From IMG/VR virus record IMGVR_UViG_3300036884_000163, positions 1 through 64,000 of that record: 64,000 bases of DNA. One strand, written 5' to 3'. Below, piece by piece: positions 7,829 through 16,989 of the stretch. How positions within the stretch are numbered: position 1 is the first letter of the stretch; each line of letters starts with the position of its first letter. Made by a program: the position numbers and the translations under genes. The notes under the pieces are model-generated. The model saw nothing but the letters and a program-made list of their open reading frames with translations, did not search any database and had not been told where the DNA came from. Source of the stretch: a virus.

Positions 7829-8947
7829 ATGGAAACCTATAAAGCAATTCCGCAAGCACGGAAAGCAGAAAAACATCAAGTTAAACTGAAACTCGGTATC
7901 CAGGGGCCATCTGGCTCAGGGAAAACTTTGGGCGCTTTGGAACTGGCGCACAACCTCTGGCCCGATGCCAAGATACTTGTCATCGACACCGAGAACGATT
8001 CTGCCAGCCTCTATGCGGATAAGGTTGCCTTCGACACCATCCCGCTCGATCCGCCCTATGAATCCGTCCGCTACGAAGCCTGCATCGACTATGCCGTGAA
8101 GAACGGATACGACGTTGCCATCCTCGACAGCGTGACTCACCAGTGGGACGGAGAAGGCGGGATACTGCGCCGCAAGGAAGAACTGGATCAGCGACCCAAC
8201 GCGAACTCATGGGCCAATTGGTCGAAGTTCACCCCGGAGCACACCCACTTTATCGAGACCATCAAACAGGCTCCCATCCACATCATTGCCACCCTGCGGT
8301 CGAAGCAGGATTACGTACTGCAGACCAACGACAAGGGCAAATCGACGCCCACGAAGTTAGGACTCGCTCCGATTCAGCGCGAGGGTTTCGAGTACGAGTT
8401 CACGCTGGTGTTTGATGTGCAGATGGACCACAAAGCCACGGTGAGCAAGAACCGCACAGGCTTGTTCGGCTCCAAGGTACTGGATCTCACGGACAAGAAA
8501 GTCGCCAACCAGATCCGGGAATGGCTGGAGTCCGGGAAGCCCGTCGAATCGCCGGTTCAGCCGGCTGCGCCGCCCGCCCCCCACACGAATGGAAAGACTA
8601 CTCCGCAAAAAGTAGACGACTGGAAGCTGGAATCCGATCAGTTGCGCTGCCACGTCTATGACGCGCAGAAACGCACAAGCAAGCAGGGGGAGTTCGTCGC
8701 AGTCAAGCATAACGGGCAAGTCAATGGGAAAGACATTGCGTTCTGTTTCCATCCACAATTGTTCGACGCGCTTCTGCTGGCCAAAGGCGGGAGCGCTTCG
8801 TTCTTAATCGAGGCTGGGGACTTCGTTAAGATCAACGATGTCATCCAAGTTGCCGATCAACTATATATGGACGGGAAGCCCGCACTCCTGCCCCCACCAA
8901 CTAACCTGCACGGCGTCGATGTGACGGACGCCGACATACCCTTCTAA
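7829..8947 (+). CDS. AAA_24/Sak4-like recombination ATPase
   Basis: Walker A GPSGSGKT, IDTE, ILDS, HIIATLRSK, EYEF. Confidence 0.88.
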   Translation: METYKAIPQARKAEKHQVKLKLGIQGPSGSGKTLGALELAHNLWPDAKILVIDTENDSASLYADKVAFDTIPLDPPYESVRYEACIDYAVKNGYDVAILDSVTHQWDGEGGILRRKEELDQRPNANSWANWSKFTPEHTHFIETIKQAPIHIIATLRSKQDYVLQTNDKGKSTPTKLGLAPIQREGFEYEFTLVFDVQMDHKATVSKNRTGLFGSKVLDLTDKKVANQIREWLESGKPVESPVQPAAPPAPHTNGKTTPQKVDDWKLESDQLRCHVYDAQKRTSKQGEFVAVKHNGQVNGKDIAFCFHPQLFDALLLAKGGSASFLIEAGDFVKINDVIQVADQLYMDGKPALLPPPTNLHGVDVTDADIPF

Positions 8948-8956
8948 GGAGGCACC

Positions 8957-9478
8957 TTGAAACTCTACGACATACCGATGGAATTCGCTGAACTGGAACA
9001 ATCCCTGCTGGAGTCCGAGGGCGAACTGAGTGCCGAACTGGAACTTCGTTTTGACAACTTTCTGCGCGGCGGAAAAGACAAGATCGAAGCTGCGGCGATG
9101 GTGGTCAGGACGCTGGAAAGCGAGGCCGACGCCTGCAAGGCTGAAGCCGCTCGTCTGTCGCAACGCCGAACCTCACTCGACAATAACGCGGATCGGCTCA
9201 AGAAAATGGTGCTGATCGCTCTGGACTCCGCCTTCTCGGGCAAGATCAAGACAACGCTGTTCACGATTTGGGGCCAGACGTCGGCAGCACGGGTGAGCAT
9301 CGACTTGGTACCTGGCGCAAGCTTGGAGGAGCTAAGAACCAGAGCACCAGAGTACGTCCGCACGAAGTACGAGCTTGATAAGGACGCCATTGGAGCAGCC
9401 CACAACGACGGCAAGGTTCTGCCGGAAGACCTGATTGTTTCGGATGTTCCTGGCACGCGCTTTCTGCGAATAAAGTGA
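8957..9478 (+). CDS. Siphovirus Gp157-family protein
   Basis: MKLYDI...K.EAARL..R...LK...DKDAI...LRIK; AGGAGG RBS with TTG start. Confidence 0.85.
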   Translation: MKLYDIPMEFAELEQSLLESEGELSAELELRFDNFLRGGKDKIEAAAMVVRTLESEADACKAEAARLSQRRTSLDNNADRLKKMVLIALDSAFSGKIKTTLFTIWGQTSAARVSIDLVPGASLEELRTRAPEYVRTKYELDKDAIGAAHNDGKVLPEDLIVSDVPGTRFLRIK

Positions 9479-9574
9479 TCCGAGAGCACGCAGGGTGCGC
9501 CCTGCGTCCTGGCCGTGGGATTGTAGTTTTCCTTACCGCGCTTAGAACGCGGGCGGCCAGAACGGAGGGCACAG

Positions 9575-9823
9575 ATGGAAACCAGCGAAGAAACAAAACC
9601 GAAATCAAGTTCGATGTTTGCGTGCGAACCGCAATATGACCGGGCCACGCAAACTCTCACCCTGACGTTCGCCAAGGGTGGGGCGTACACCTTTCCGAAC
9701 TTCGACCCCGAGAACGCCGCGGAATTCATCGCAGCAGACTCGTGGGGCAAGTGGTATCACGCCCACAAGGGACTGTTCACGAACGGTGTCAATCGACTTT
9801 CCTCCGGCCAAACCGCCTCCTAG
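9575..9823 (+). CDS. KTSC-domain protein
   Basis: YDxxTQTLTLTFxxGGxY...FIAADSWGKWY. Confidence 0.8.
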   Translation: METSEETKPKSSSMFACEPQYDRATQTLTLTFAKGGAYTFPNFDPENAAEFIAADSWGKWYHAHKGLFTNGVNRLSSGQTAS

Positions 9824-9930
9824 CTAAGCCGGAGGGGCCGGGCGGGTGCGACATGACGCTCTGAGAGGCATCGTGGGGCGCACCCACCCGGAATTGTAAG
9901 AGCAGGTCAAGCCACGAACAGGAGAGCACG

Positions 9931-10320
9931 GTGCATCTAAAACGTAATGAAAGATGCCCCATCCACAATGGGCGCCGAGACTGTTGCGGACGGTCCGAGT
10001 TTAACCGCTATCGGCAAGTATCCAAAGTGCCGCGCGGATGGACACAGATTTCTCCTGGAGTCAGGCGGTTCGCTGACGGGAGAGAAAAGCGGTCTCCGGC
10101 CGCCATGCGGAAGCTGCTGATGATGAAGGTCAAAGAGCAAATGGCAGTTTGCCCGCTTTGCGAATTGCCCTTCACGGACATGTTTGAAATCGTGCCCGAT
10201 CACCGCGAACCTCGCGGGATGGGCGGCTCCATGCGCGACGATTCGCCTAAGAATATCCAAGCCACGCACGCACTCTGCAATTTGATAAAGGCAAGTCGGA
10301 GGTTGCCTGTCGATGCCTAA
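9931..10320 (+). CDS. HNH endonuclease
   Basis: CPLC...DHREPRG.GG...N.QATH..CN..K. Confidence 0.85.
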   Translation: MHLKRNERCPIHNGRRDCCGRSEFNRYRQVSKVPRGWTQISPGVRRFADGREKRSPAAMRKLLMMKVKEQMAVCPLCELPFTDMFEIVPDHREPRGMGGSMRDDSPKNIQATHALCNLIKASRRLPVDA

Positions 10321-10882
10321 AGGAAAGACGAATCATTGTTCGACGTGCGGATCACTTTGCGATTCCCGCGTGCAGAATTGTAGGCAGTGTAGCGATGTGC
10401 TTCGGGTTAAAGATCCAAAGGCCCGACTCATGGCGAAGATTTCAACCGACCCGCTGTCGGGATGCTGGAACTTCACGGGGTTCAGATTGCCGAAAGGATA
10501 CGGTCGAATTCTGGGATTGATCCAAGGGCGCGTAGAACTAGCGCACCGAGTATCGTGGGTGGTTCATCATGGGCCCATCCCCGAAGGAGTCTGCGTTTGC
10601 CATAAATGCGACAACCCGAAGTGCGTAAATCCCGAGCATTTGTTTCTTGGAACCAGCGCGGAGAATTTATCAGATATGGATAGAAAAGGCCGACGCGTGA
10701 ACCATACCGCATCTCCACAGACGCGCAATGCAAACCATTGGAAAGCCTACCTGAGTGTCGAACAAATTGCTGCGATACGCAGCCGCGCCAGTGAACCTCG
10801 CAAGAAACTCGCAGTTGAGTTTGGAACATCGCCTCCCTACATCAGTGCAATCATCTGCGGAAGAAAGAGGAAATACGCATGA
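10313..10882 (+). CDS. HNH endonuclease with C-terminal HTH
   Basis: GCWNFTG...GYGRI...AHRVSW...CHKCDNPKCVNPEHL. Confidence 0.9.
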   Translation: MPKGKTNHCSTCGSLCDSRVQNCRQCSDVLRVKDPKARLMAKISTDPLSGCWNFTGFRLPKGYGRILGLIQGRVELAHRVSWVVHHGPIPEGVCVCHKCDNPKCVNPEHLFLGTSAENLSDMDRKGRRVNHTASPQTRNANHWKAYLSVEQIAAIRSRASEPRKKLAVEFGTSPPYISAIICGRKRKYA

Positions 10883-11133
10883 TGCCAGACCCCCACAACG
10901 ATCTCACGCCAGAAGAAGACGAACAGTGGACATTGGTAGCTGACGAAAAGCCGCCAAGTGGTAGGAATGTCCTGCTTGCCTTTGAGGAGCATTGGAATCC
11001 AGTCGTTGGATTTTACTGCTGCCTCAATGAATTTTTCGAGACAAGTGCCCATGATCACAATTCGCGCATTGTCGGAAAGGGGCCGAAATGGTGGATGAGT
11101 ATTCCAAGAGTTCCGCACCACGGCAAAAGCTGA
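10879..11133 (+). CDS. DUF551-like protein
   Basis: W..V.D..P....VL...WWMSIP. Confidence 0.55.
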   Translation: MMPDPHNDLTPEEDEQWTLVADEKPPSGRNVLLAFEEHWNPVVGFYCCLNEFFETSAHDHNSRIVGKGPKWWMSIPRVPHHGKS

Positions 11134-11292
11134 CGGACGAGGACGCGACCTTCTTCGCCCGAATGAAGCGCGACCGTGATCTGAAAGTGATGTCAACCAT
11201 AGAAGACAGAGACATTTTGGTTAGGATTATTGAGGACATGATTCGATAGGGCAAGCTGTGAACTACTCACATACCCAGGGGGCAGGACAAAA

Positions 11293-11511
11293 ATGAAGAA
11301 TCCGCCAGACTTCGTGATGTATGTCGTGATGGTCAAGGCGCCAGGTTCGGACAAGTTTGATCCGTGCTGGGGAGAATGGGCTGAATTCGGCCATGGCGTA
11401 CATGCAAAGGGATTCGCTCGGAAGCTAGACGCTGTTAGTGAATGCAAGGTATTTCGCGTTCGGTACGGCAAAAAGAACGCTTACGTTCAGCAGTACGGCC
11501 CAATTTCTTGA
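11293..11511 (+). CDS. hypothetical protein
   Basis: AGGA RBS. Confidence 0.55.
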   Translation: MKNPPDFVMYVVMVKAPGSDKFDPCWGEWAEFGHGVHAKGFARKLDAVSECKVFRVRYGKKNAYVQQYGPIS

Positions 11512-11584
11512 AGAGCTGATTCGATAAGTTCCCGGCTCTCGCCGGGCAAAGGAGCAAGGAGGTACACAGGAGAGGAGAACGGGA

Positions 11585-11785
11585 ATGGTTCAGATTCGCC
11601 TGCTTAAAATGATTCGAAGCGATTTTCCATTTGGGCGGATAGCGGTTGCCAAAGCCGGTATCTACGATGCAGAGATGAATCAGTATGGAGCATTGAGCGT
11701 TCGCGACTGCAACGGAGACTTGCTGGGAGTGAAGCCAGGAGAATTTGAATTTATCGGAGAACCTCCCGAACAGTGGAAAACGTAG
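11585..11785 (+). CDS. hypothetical phage protein
   Basis: GAGGAG RBS; N..GA.SV....G..LGVKPGEFE. Confidence 0.7.
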   Translation: MVQIRLLKMIRSDFPFGRIAVAKAGIYDAEMNQYGALSVRDCNGDLLGVKPGEFEFIGEPPEQWKT

Positions 11786-11899
11786 TTCATGCCACAGGAG
11801 CGGGCTTGGCCCGGAAAGGAAGAAGGTATGGAAAGAAGTGAAGGGGTTGCTGTATTGTTTGTACTGAGAGAAATTTTATGAGAAGGGGTAGGAGGAAGT

Positions 11900-12088
11900 A
11901 TGGCGAAAAGCGAGAAACAGAAACAGTTCGATACGAACTGCCCGATTTCGGAGGTAACTGCGGACGGTACTCCCTGTGGCCGTTGCTGGTACTGGTGTCG
12001 TGATGGGATTTGTCCGCGACACGGTGACGTGAAAGAGGCCATTACAAAGCACCTAGAGACCGGAAAATTGACCTGGGAGGAAGCATGA
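11900..12088 (+). CDS. small Cys-rich protein
   Basis: AGGAGG RBS; CGRC...CPRHG. Confidence 0.7.
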   Translation: MAKSEKQKQFDTNCPISEVTADGTPCGRCWYWCRDGICPRHGDVKEAITKHLETGKLTWEEA

Positions 12089-12279
12089 CCAAAGATCTGG
12101 TCAAAAGGAAACCAGTACGCGGCGAGACGTGGGAAGGTAGTTACGAATCCGCCTTAAAAGTACAGATTATGGCCTGCGTGGATGGCTATGTGGTGGCGCG
12201 CTACAAGGATTACCAGCCGTCGGTACGGTCCATCGATGAGTTTATGCGACATTTCACGTATAGCGAGCCATCCCGGTGA
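12085..12279 (+). CDS. hypothetical protein
   Basis: ATGA coupling. Confidence 0.65.
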   Translation: MTKDLVKRKPVRGETWEGSYESALKVQIMACVDGYVVARYKDYQPSVRSIDEFMRHFTYSEPSR

Positions 12280-12545
12280 CCAAAGATCGGCTCAAGGCGA
12301 CAGGCGAAGCAGCATTCGGGGCATTCATGGCGAAGGAATACCCATTTACGAGCTACGGCCGGACGCTGCAATTCAACACAATTTGGCAAGCCGCTTACTC
12401 AGCCGGACGCTCCGCCGAGTACGAGACCGCGATGGAGTGCTTGCGGGATTTATTACAGGCTTACAAGTGTGATGCCGCCACAAGAGACGACTTTTACAGC
12501 GAACTTTGCAGTCGAGCCGAGAAGCTTCTGGAGGACAAGTCATGA
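12276..12545 (+). CDS. hypothetical protein (WQAA module)
   Basis: GTGA coupling. Confidence 0.65.
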   Translation: MTKDRLKATGEAAFGAFMAKEYPFTSYGRTLQFNTIWQAAYSAGRSAEYETAMECLRDLLQAYKCDAATRDDFYSELCSRAEKLLEDKS

Positions 12546-12736
12546 CGGTTTGGAAAATTACAGGACGATTCCCCTCACATTGTGGAACGCCTGCACATAA
12601 TGCGGAGAACCTGGTACTTACTGAGTCGATAAGCCAAGCGATTGCTGCCTATCGGAATCATTATGCCCATGCTGAAATAGTCAAGATTGAACAGTTAGGA
12701 AAGCTTCTGGAGGACAAGTCATGGCAGACTGCTTAA
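12542..12736 (+). CDS. hypothetical protein bracketed by 23-bp direct repeats
   Basis: GGAGG RBS; AAGCTTCTGGAGGACAAGTCATG at 12522-12544 and 12701-12723. Confidence 0.65.
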   Translation: MTVWKITGRFPSHCGTPAHNAENLVLTESISQAIAAYRNHYAHAEIVKIEQLGKLLEDKSWQTA

Positions 12737-12840
12737 GTGTTGAGGCGGTGACGGAGGTGATTATGCATTTGACACAGACACTTAGTCGTTACACACTTGT
12801 AGCTGCCGTGACAGGGCTTTACAATGGTGTCTTAGTTTGC

Positions 12841-13749
12841 CTATTCTCTGTCGTTGTCTGCGCGCTGACCTCCGGTACACATAACCCATGTTTCATTCGC
12901 TCCCATGAGATAGCAAAAAGTGAACCAATGCGAATGATTGAAAACGTCATAATAGGTCACTCGGCCATGGACGTAGATTGTTTGACTGCCGCTCGTGACC
13001 GCGTCGTATTCATCCTGAGTCAGAGGGCATATGAATTTAGCAAGAATTTGGCCAGTATTCGTGTTTACCTCGCTGCACATCGTGAGAATCGGACTGTTGT
13101 AGATTTCGACATTGGGAAGTATTATGCCGCTCGCCATTGCGACCTGTGCGTCCCTTTCAAGTCGAGGCTTCTGCCCCTTCAGACGAGGCTCAATGAAGAT
13201 TCCGGTGTACGTATTTCTGGCTGGGGTCTTGCCGAGATTTTTGATACCTACAGTCACGGTGAAGGGCTCGCCCACGGCGAATTTGCTGACGCTTTTTATA
13301 GAGCCGAGACTGATCCAAGCCCGTTGATCTACCCGCATTTGCGTCTTGATGGCGTCCGCACTGTCTTGAGCCGCTTTCGCCTGTTGTCGAGCTATCGTCA
13401 ATTGGCTGTCAACTTTTCTAGCCGATTCGACGGAATCAGACGCAGCCTGCTTGGCTTGGGAGTTAAGGATTTTCGTTTGAGCCTGCATTTCCTTGAACTG
13501 GCGATGGAAAATCTTGGCGGTGTAGACGCCTACAGCAAACAAAAAAAGGGTGATCCATACCATGTGCCAAGCAGGGTTCTTGAACCATGGATCGGGACGC
13601 TCTGGATCTGCATTGGCTTGGTTTTGGATTTCGTTGCTATGTGGCTGCTTTGGATCAGGAGCAATGCGAGCAAGAATGGGTGGGAGTGGTTTGCCTGCGT
13701 TGCTCTGGCGTTCTTGATTCTCGCGATCAGTCTTTTCCCTATCACCCAT
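12841..13749 (-). CDS. moron-like membrane-anchored protein (single TM, coiled coil, QRAW domain)
   Basis: Opposite orientation to neighbours, AAGGAGG RBS, own extended -10; TM WHMVWITLFLFAVGVYTA. Confidence 0.8.
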   Translation of the reverse strand: MGDREKTDRENQERQSNAGKPLPPILARIAPDPKQPHSNEIQNQANADPERPDPWFKNPAWHMVWITLFLFAVGVYTAKIFHRQFKEMQAQTKILNSQAKQAASDSVESARKVDSQLTIARQQAKAAQDSADAIKTQMRVDQRAWISLGSIKSVSKFAVGEPFTVTVGIKNLGKTPARNTYTGIFIEPRLKGQKPRLERDAQVAMASGIILPNVEIYNSPILTMCSEVNTNTGQILAKFICPLTQDEYDAVTSGSQTIYVHGRVTYYDVFNHSHWFTFCYLMGANETWVMCTGGQRADNDRE

Positions 13750-13786
13750 GGAACGGACCTCCTTGGAATCTAGGGGGAAGGCGAGG

Positions 13787-13795
13787 ATTGTACCA
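13787..13795 (-). promoter_or_regulatory. extended -10 promoter (TGGTACAAT) for the 12841..13749 gene
   Basis: TGnTAnnnT about 40 nt upstream of the ATG. Confidence 0.6.
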
Positions 13796-14086
13796 CCGGC
13801 GAAGGGGAAAGTGCCGCGGGTGCCGCGGGTCGGATTGGTTACCGACCGTCCCGTGAAATTCCCAGATTATTAGGGCCGCGCAGAGCGTGATGGTTATACG
13901 GCCTTATATCCCGGAACTCCCCTTCCCGCGTGGAAGAACGCCGCGCCCAGCGCGAATGTTATATGCCTCCCGTTTCGTTGGCTGGGGAGCGAGATTTTTG
14001 TTACGAAAACCGAACAGGGGAAAAGCGATTATTTGGACTTGTGCGGGACGGGTTCCGAGCGGATCAGTTTCCCCAGCACCTTATCG

Positions 14087-14368
14087 GTGACGGACCCAGC
14101 AGAACAGCGAGCGCGGCGTGAGTTTGAGAAGTACGCGATAGGCCGGGGTTGGAAGGTGCAGCTCGGAATAGACGGCTCTACTTATGCGAATGCCATGATT
14201 CGTCTTCGCTGGAAAGAATGGCAAGCGTGCTGGCAAGCCGCCTCCGCAGAGGCCGTCAAGTCGTGGAGAGAGTGCCTGCAACGATTTTTTGCAGTCAACT
14301 GCGACGAAGAATATCAGCTTTGGCGGGTCGAGGCCGAAGCGTTGCTGAAGTATGGAGGCGGACAATGA
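14087..14368 (+). CDS. hypothetical protein (FEK...WQAA module)
   Basis: GTGA coupling; paralogous motif with the next gene. Confidence 0.65.
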   Translation: MTDPAEQRARREFEKYAIGRGWKVQLGIDGSTYANAMIRLRWKEWQACWQAASAEAVKSWRECLQRFFAVNCDEEYQLWRVEAEALLKYGGGQ

Positions 14369-14886
14369 CAGAAAAGAAACCTGATGCCGGGATGGTCGGA
14401 GAGACAGCGGAGCCAGTATCCGAATATACCAAGGCACTGCGAATACGCATGGGCCAGTGCACGCAGTGCGGAGAGATGCCCGATGAATGCGGCTGTAAGC
14501 CAGCGGGGACGCCGGGGATGACAGCGCGGGAGTTGTTCGAGAAGTGGATACGAGAAGAAGCGCGCAGTTATTCTCTGATTCCTGCCGATCCTGAATGCGG
14601 AACATATAAAGCACGAGACACTGATGCGCTATGGAAAGCTTGGCAAGCGGCCTCTCAGTCAGCCGTCGATCCCCGGATAGCCGAGCAACTCCGCTCCGCC
14701 CGCCAGGAGAAAAATCAAAAAGAAGTAGAGTACGAAAAGTTGCGGAAAGCCTTCTATCTCATGGCAGACACAAAGGAAGCTAAACTAGCGGCATCCCAGA
14801 AAGAAGTGGCGCGACTCCAGCGTTTGCTCGGAGAAAAGTGTGATAGAGAGCAAGACTTATTAAACCGCATGAGGCCCTCACTGTGA
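14365..14886 (+). CDS. hypothetical protein (CxxC, FEKW...WQAA, coiled coil)
   Basis: GGAGG RBS, ATGA coupling. Confidence 0.7.
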   Translation: MTEKKPDAGMVGETAEPVSEYTKALRIRMGQCTQCGEMPDECGCKPAGTPGMTARELFEKWIREEARSYSLIPADPECGTYKARDTDALWKAWQAASQSAVDPRIAEQLRSARQEKNQKEVEYEKLRKAFYLMADTKEAKLAASQKEVARLQRLLGEKCDREQDLLNRMRPSL

Positions 14887-15149
14887 AGATAGATAATTCA
14901 ATGATGTCCGCCTTCTTTGTCTGCCCGTGGTACTACTTCGAGAAGTACGAAGCGAAGATTGAGCGGATTAGAAAGACGGATGCGCTATCCTTCGGTAAGA
15001 GGATGCATAAACTCCTCGAAGCGCGGCTCCGCGAGATACAAACGACCGTGATTGTCGAAGACGGACAGAAAATGTCTGAGTTGGATGTGGTCGATGAGGC
15101 CATTAACGATCCCGGATCAGATCTTGTCGATTGGGATGTAACGCCATGA
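14883..15149 (+). pseudogene. truncated PD-(D/E)XK (Cas4/RecB-like) exonuclease N-terminus
   Basis: DNS...F..CP..Y...AL.FG..MH..LE present; catalytic core missing at only 88 aa. Confidence 0.55.
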
Positions 15150-15292
15150 CCGAGCAAGCAAAGCAGGAGCGGTGTCCAAATCATTGCGACAACGACCGCG
15201 TTTATGGTGGGAAATTTGGATTCGCGGTGTGTACATGGCCAGAGCACGGAGCCAGAGGCAGGAACTCTGTAAGATTTCCTGACGATTTTTAG
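15146..15292 (+). CDS. small Cys/His protein (48 aa), last + strand gene
   Basis: ATGA coupling; its TAG overlaps the terminase TAA. Confidence 0.45.
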   Translation: MTEQAKQERCPNHCDNDRVYGGKFGFAVCTWPEHGARGRNSVRFPDDF

Positions 15293-16989
15293 CGCCGCGA
15301 CTTCTCCCATGCCTCGATTCTCCGTCTGGCAGCACTGCCTCCGCTGTATGAGGATGGCCTGCCGCGCTGTTCTTCCTCTTCCTTAATTTTTCCCGCGTGG
15401 AACATGGCTGCAGTCGGATCGGTCTTCCACTGCTTTTCGATCCGCTCCTGAATTCTGACTTGCACCGGCGCCGTCACTCCCCGGTGGGTCTCGAACGAAT
15501 AGTAGAGATACCTGACGCAATCGTAAATGTCGTCAATGGGGTCGCCGCTAATTTTTAGTACGTCGTTCTCTTTTTTCGGATCGTGGATCCTCGACTCGAA
15601 CACTTCGATGGTTTGCTTGCAGTTCTCGCAGATAATCAGTTCTCCGGTTTCGAGACCGGTGTAGAGCTTCATGGCCCCGCCTTGGCGGTCGTTGCTGGCG
15701 GGACTGAAGTTGACTCCGTAAGGTCGGAGCACACTGTTCATCTGGCCGGCTAGAGTATCGGGATGGCCCTCCTCCGAGAAAGAGTCTGGCGAGAGATACC
15801 AGGGTTGCCAGCGGCGCTCGATAGGCTTCTTGTCTTCGTCCAGCACCCAGCGTTCGAGCAGCATCTTGGCAAAGTTTGCGGCGGTTTCCTGGCAGCCAAA
15901 CTCGTCTACGACCGCGACCCGTCCCCGTGGCCATCCGGGAGATGGCGGAATATGAACCGCTTCGTGAGCAGCCCCAATTGATATAGAAAATCCATAATCT
16001 GAGGCGCACCATCTCGGCCACCACCACTGCTCGTTCAGCACTCGCCGCGGGACCACCATCGGGCCGAAGCCCGGCGCGATCTTCATGGCTTCATCCCAGT
16101 CCATGCCCGGACGCATCCCACGCTGCGCGTCCCAGAGATCAAAATACTGACCCTCAAATATCTTCCAGCAGCCAGCGAGCAAAGCCTTGGACGTGGCCGC
16201 CGACTGCATCTTGAGTTTGGCTAGGTAGGATGCGGGATAGAGTGAGTGATCCCGGACGTTCGACAGGATGTAGGAGATTGACAGGCGTTCAATGCGTCCG
16301 TCTCCAAGGTCAATCGCAAGTTTCTGACCATCCGAAGGCCATTTTCCATCGTAACGCAGCACTCCTTGCGGTGGAGCATTCTGCGGTTCGCAGTGCGGAC
16401 ACACTCCACCCAGGAACAACTTCATGTGCCAGGTGTGGCCTATGTTCCCAGGATTTGTGCCCAGCCGGATGCGCGTCTTGAGGTTGGGATCTGTCGAGCG
16501 GCTCCTGGTGACCAGGTACCTGACCATCTTCTCTGGCCAGTGTGTCGATTCGTCGATCGCCAACGCACTCATGGCGTGGCCTTGGTAGGGATAGACGTTT
16601 TTTTCGTGCTGGGCGTGCCGGAAATAGAATTCTGCTCCGGAGGGCCACTTCCAGGTATGGGAACTGGAGTTGTACGTTGCCCCGGTCTGGGAGAATATCT
16701 TATGGCTCTGGTCAATGGCACCGTCGCCACCTTCCAGTTCTGCATAGGTGCGGCGGAAGAAGTACGAGCGCATGCTGGGGTAATCGCGCTCCTGGATGAG
16801 GTCTACAAGCATCGTGGAGGTCTTCAGCGAGCCTGCGGCACCGCCAAGTAGGAGAATGTCCGCCGGACAGTCCAGCGCGTCCTTCTGGGCCTTCGTAGCG
16901 GGCAGCCAGCGCCTTACTGGATCAGGTAGGACTTGGACATCGCTCGCGGGGAGGGGTGGAAGAATCTCTTGTTCGCGGGGACGGATCAT
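15289..16989 (-). CDS. terL: terminase large subunit
   Basis: LLGGAAGSLKT Walker A, FRRTYAEL, YQG, AIDES Walker B, GTNPG, DYG and DDIYDCVRY nuclease motifs. Confidence 0.93.
   Translation of the reverse strand: MIRPREQEILPPLPASDVQVLPDPVRRWLPATKAQKDALDCPADILLLGGAAGSLKTSTMLVDLIQERDYPSMRSYFFRRTYAELEGGDGAIDQSHKIFSQTGATYNSSSHTWKWPSGAEFYFRHAQHEKNVYPYQGHAMSALAIDESTHWPEKMVRYLVTRSRSTDPNLKTRIRLGTNPGNIGHTWHMKLFLGGVCPHCEPQNAPPQGVLRYDGKWPSDGQKLAIDLGDGRIERLSISYILSNVRDHSLYPASYLAKLKMQSAATSKALLAGCWKIFEGQYFDLWDAQRGMRPGMDWDEAMKIAPGFGPMVVPRRVLNEQWWWPRWCASDYGFSISIGAAHEAVHIPPSPGWPRGRVAVVDEFGCQETAANFAKMLLERWVLDEDKKPIERRWQPWYLSPDSFSEEGHPDTLAGQMNSVLRPYGVNFSPASNDRQGGAMKLYTGLETGELIICENCKQTIEVFESRIHDPKKENDVLKISGDPIDDIYDCVRYLYYSFETHRGVTAPVQVRIQERIEKQWKTDPTAAMFHAGKIKEEEEQRGRPSSYSGGSAARRRIEAWEKSRR

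Noticed and set aside
9488-9560. tRNA or hammerhead ribozyme
   Set aside because: No T-loop GTTC, acceptor stem/CCA or CUGANGA/GAAA core.
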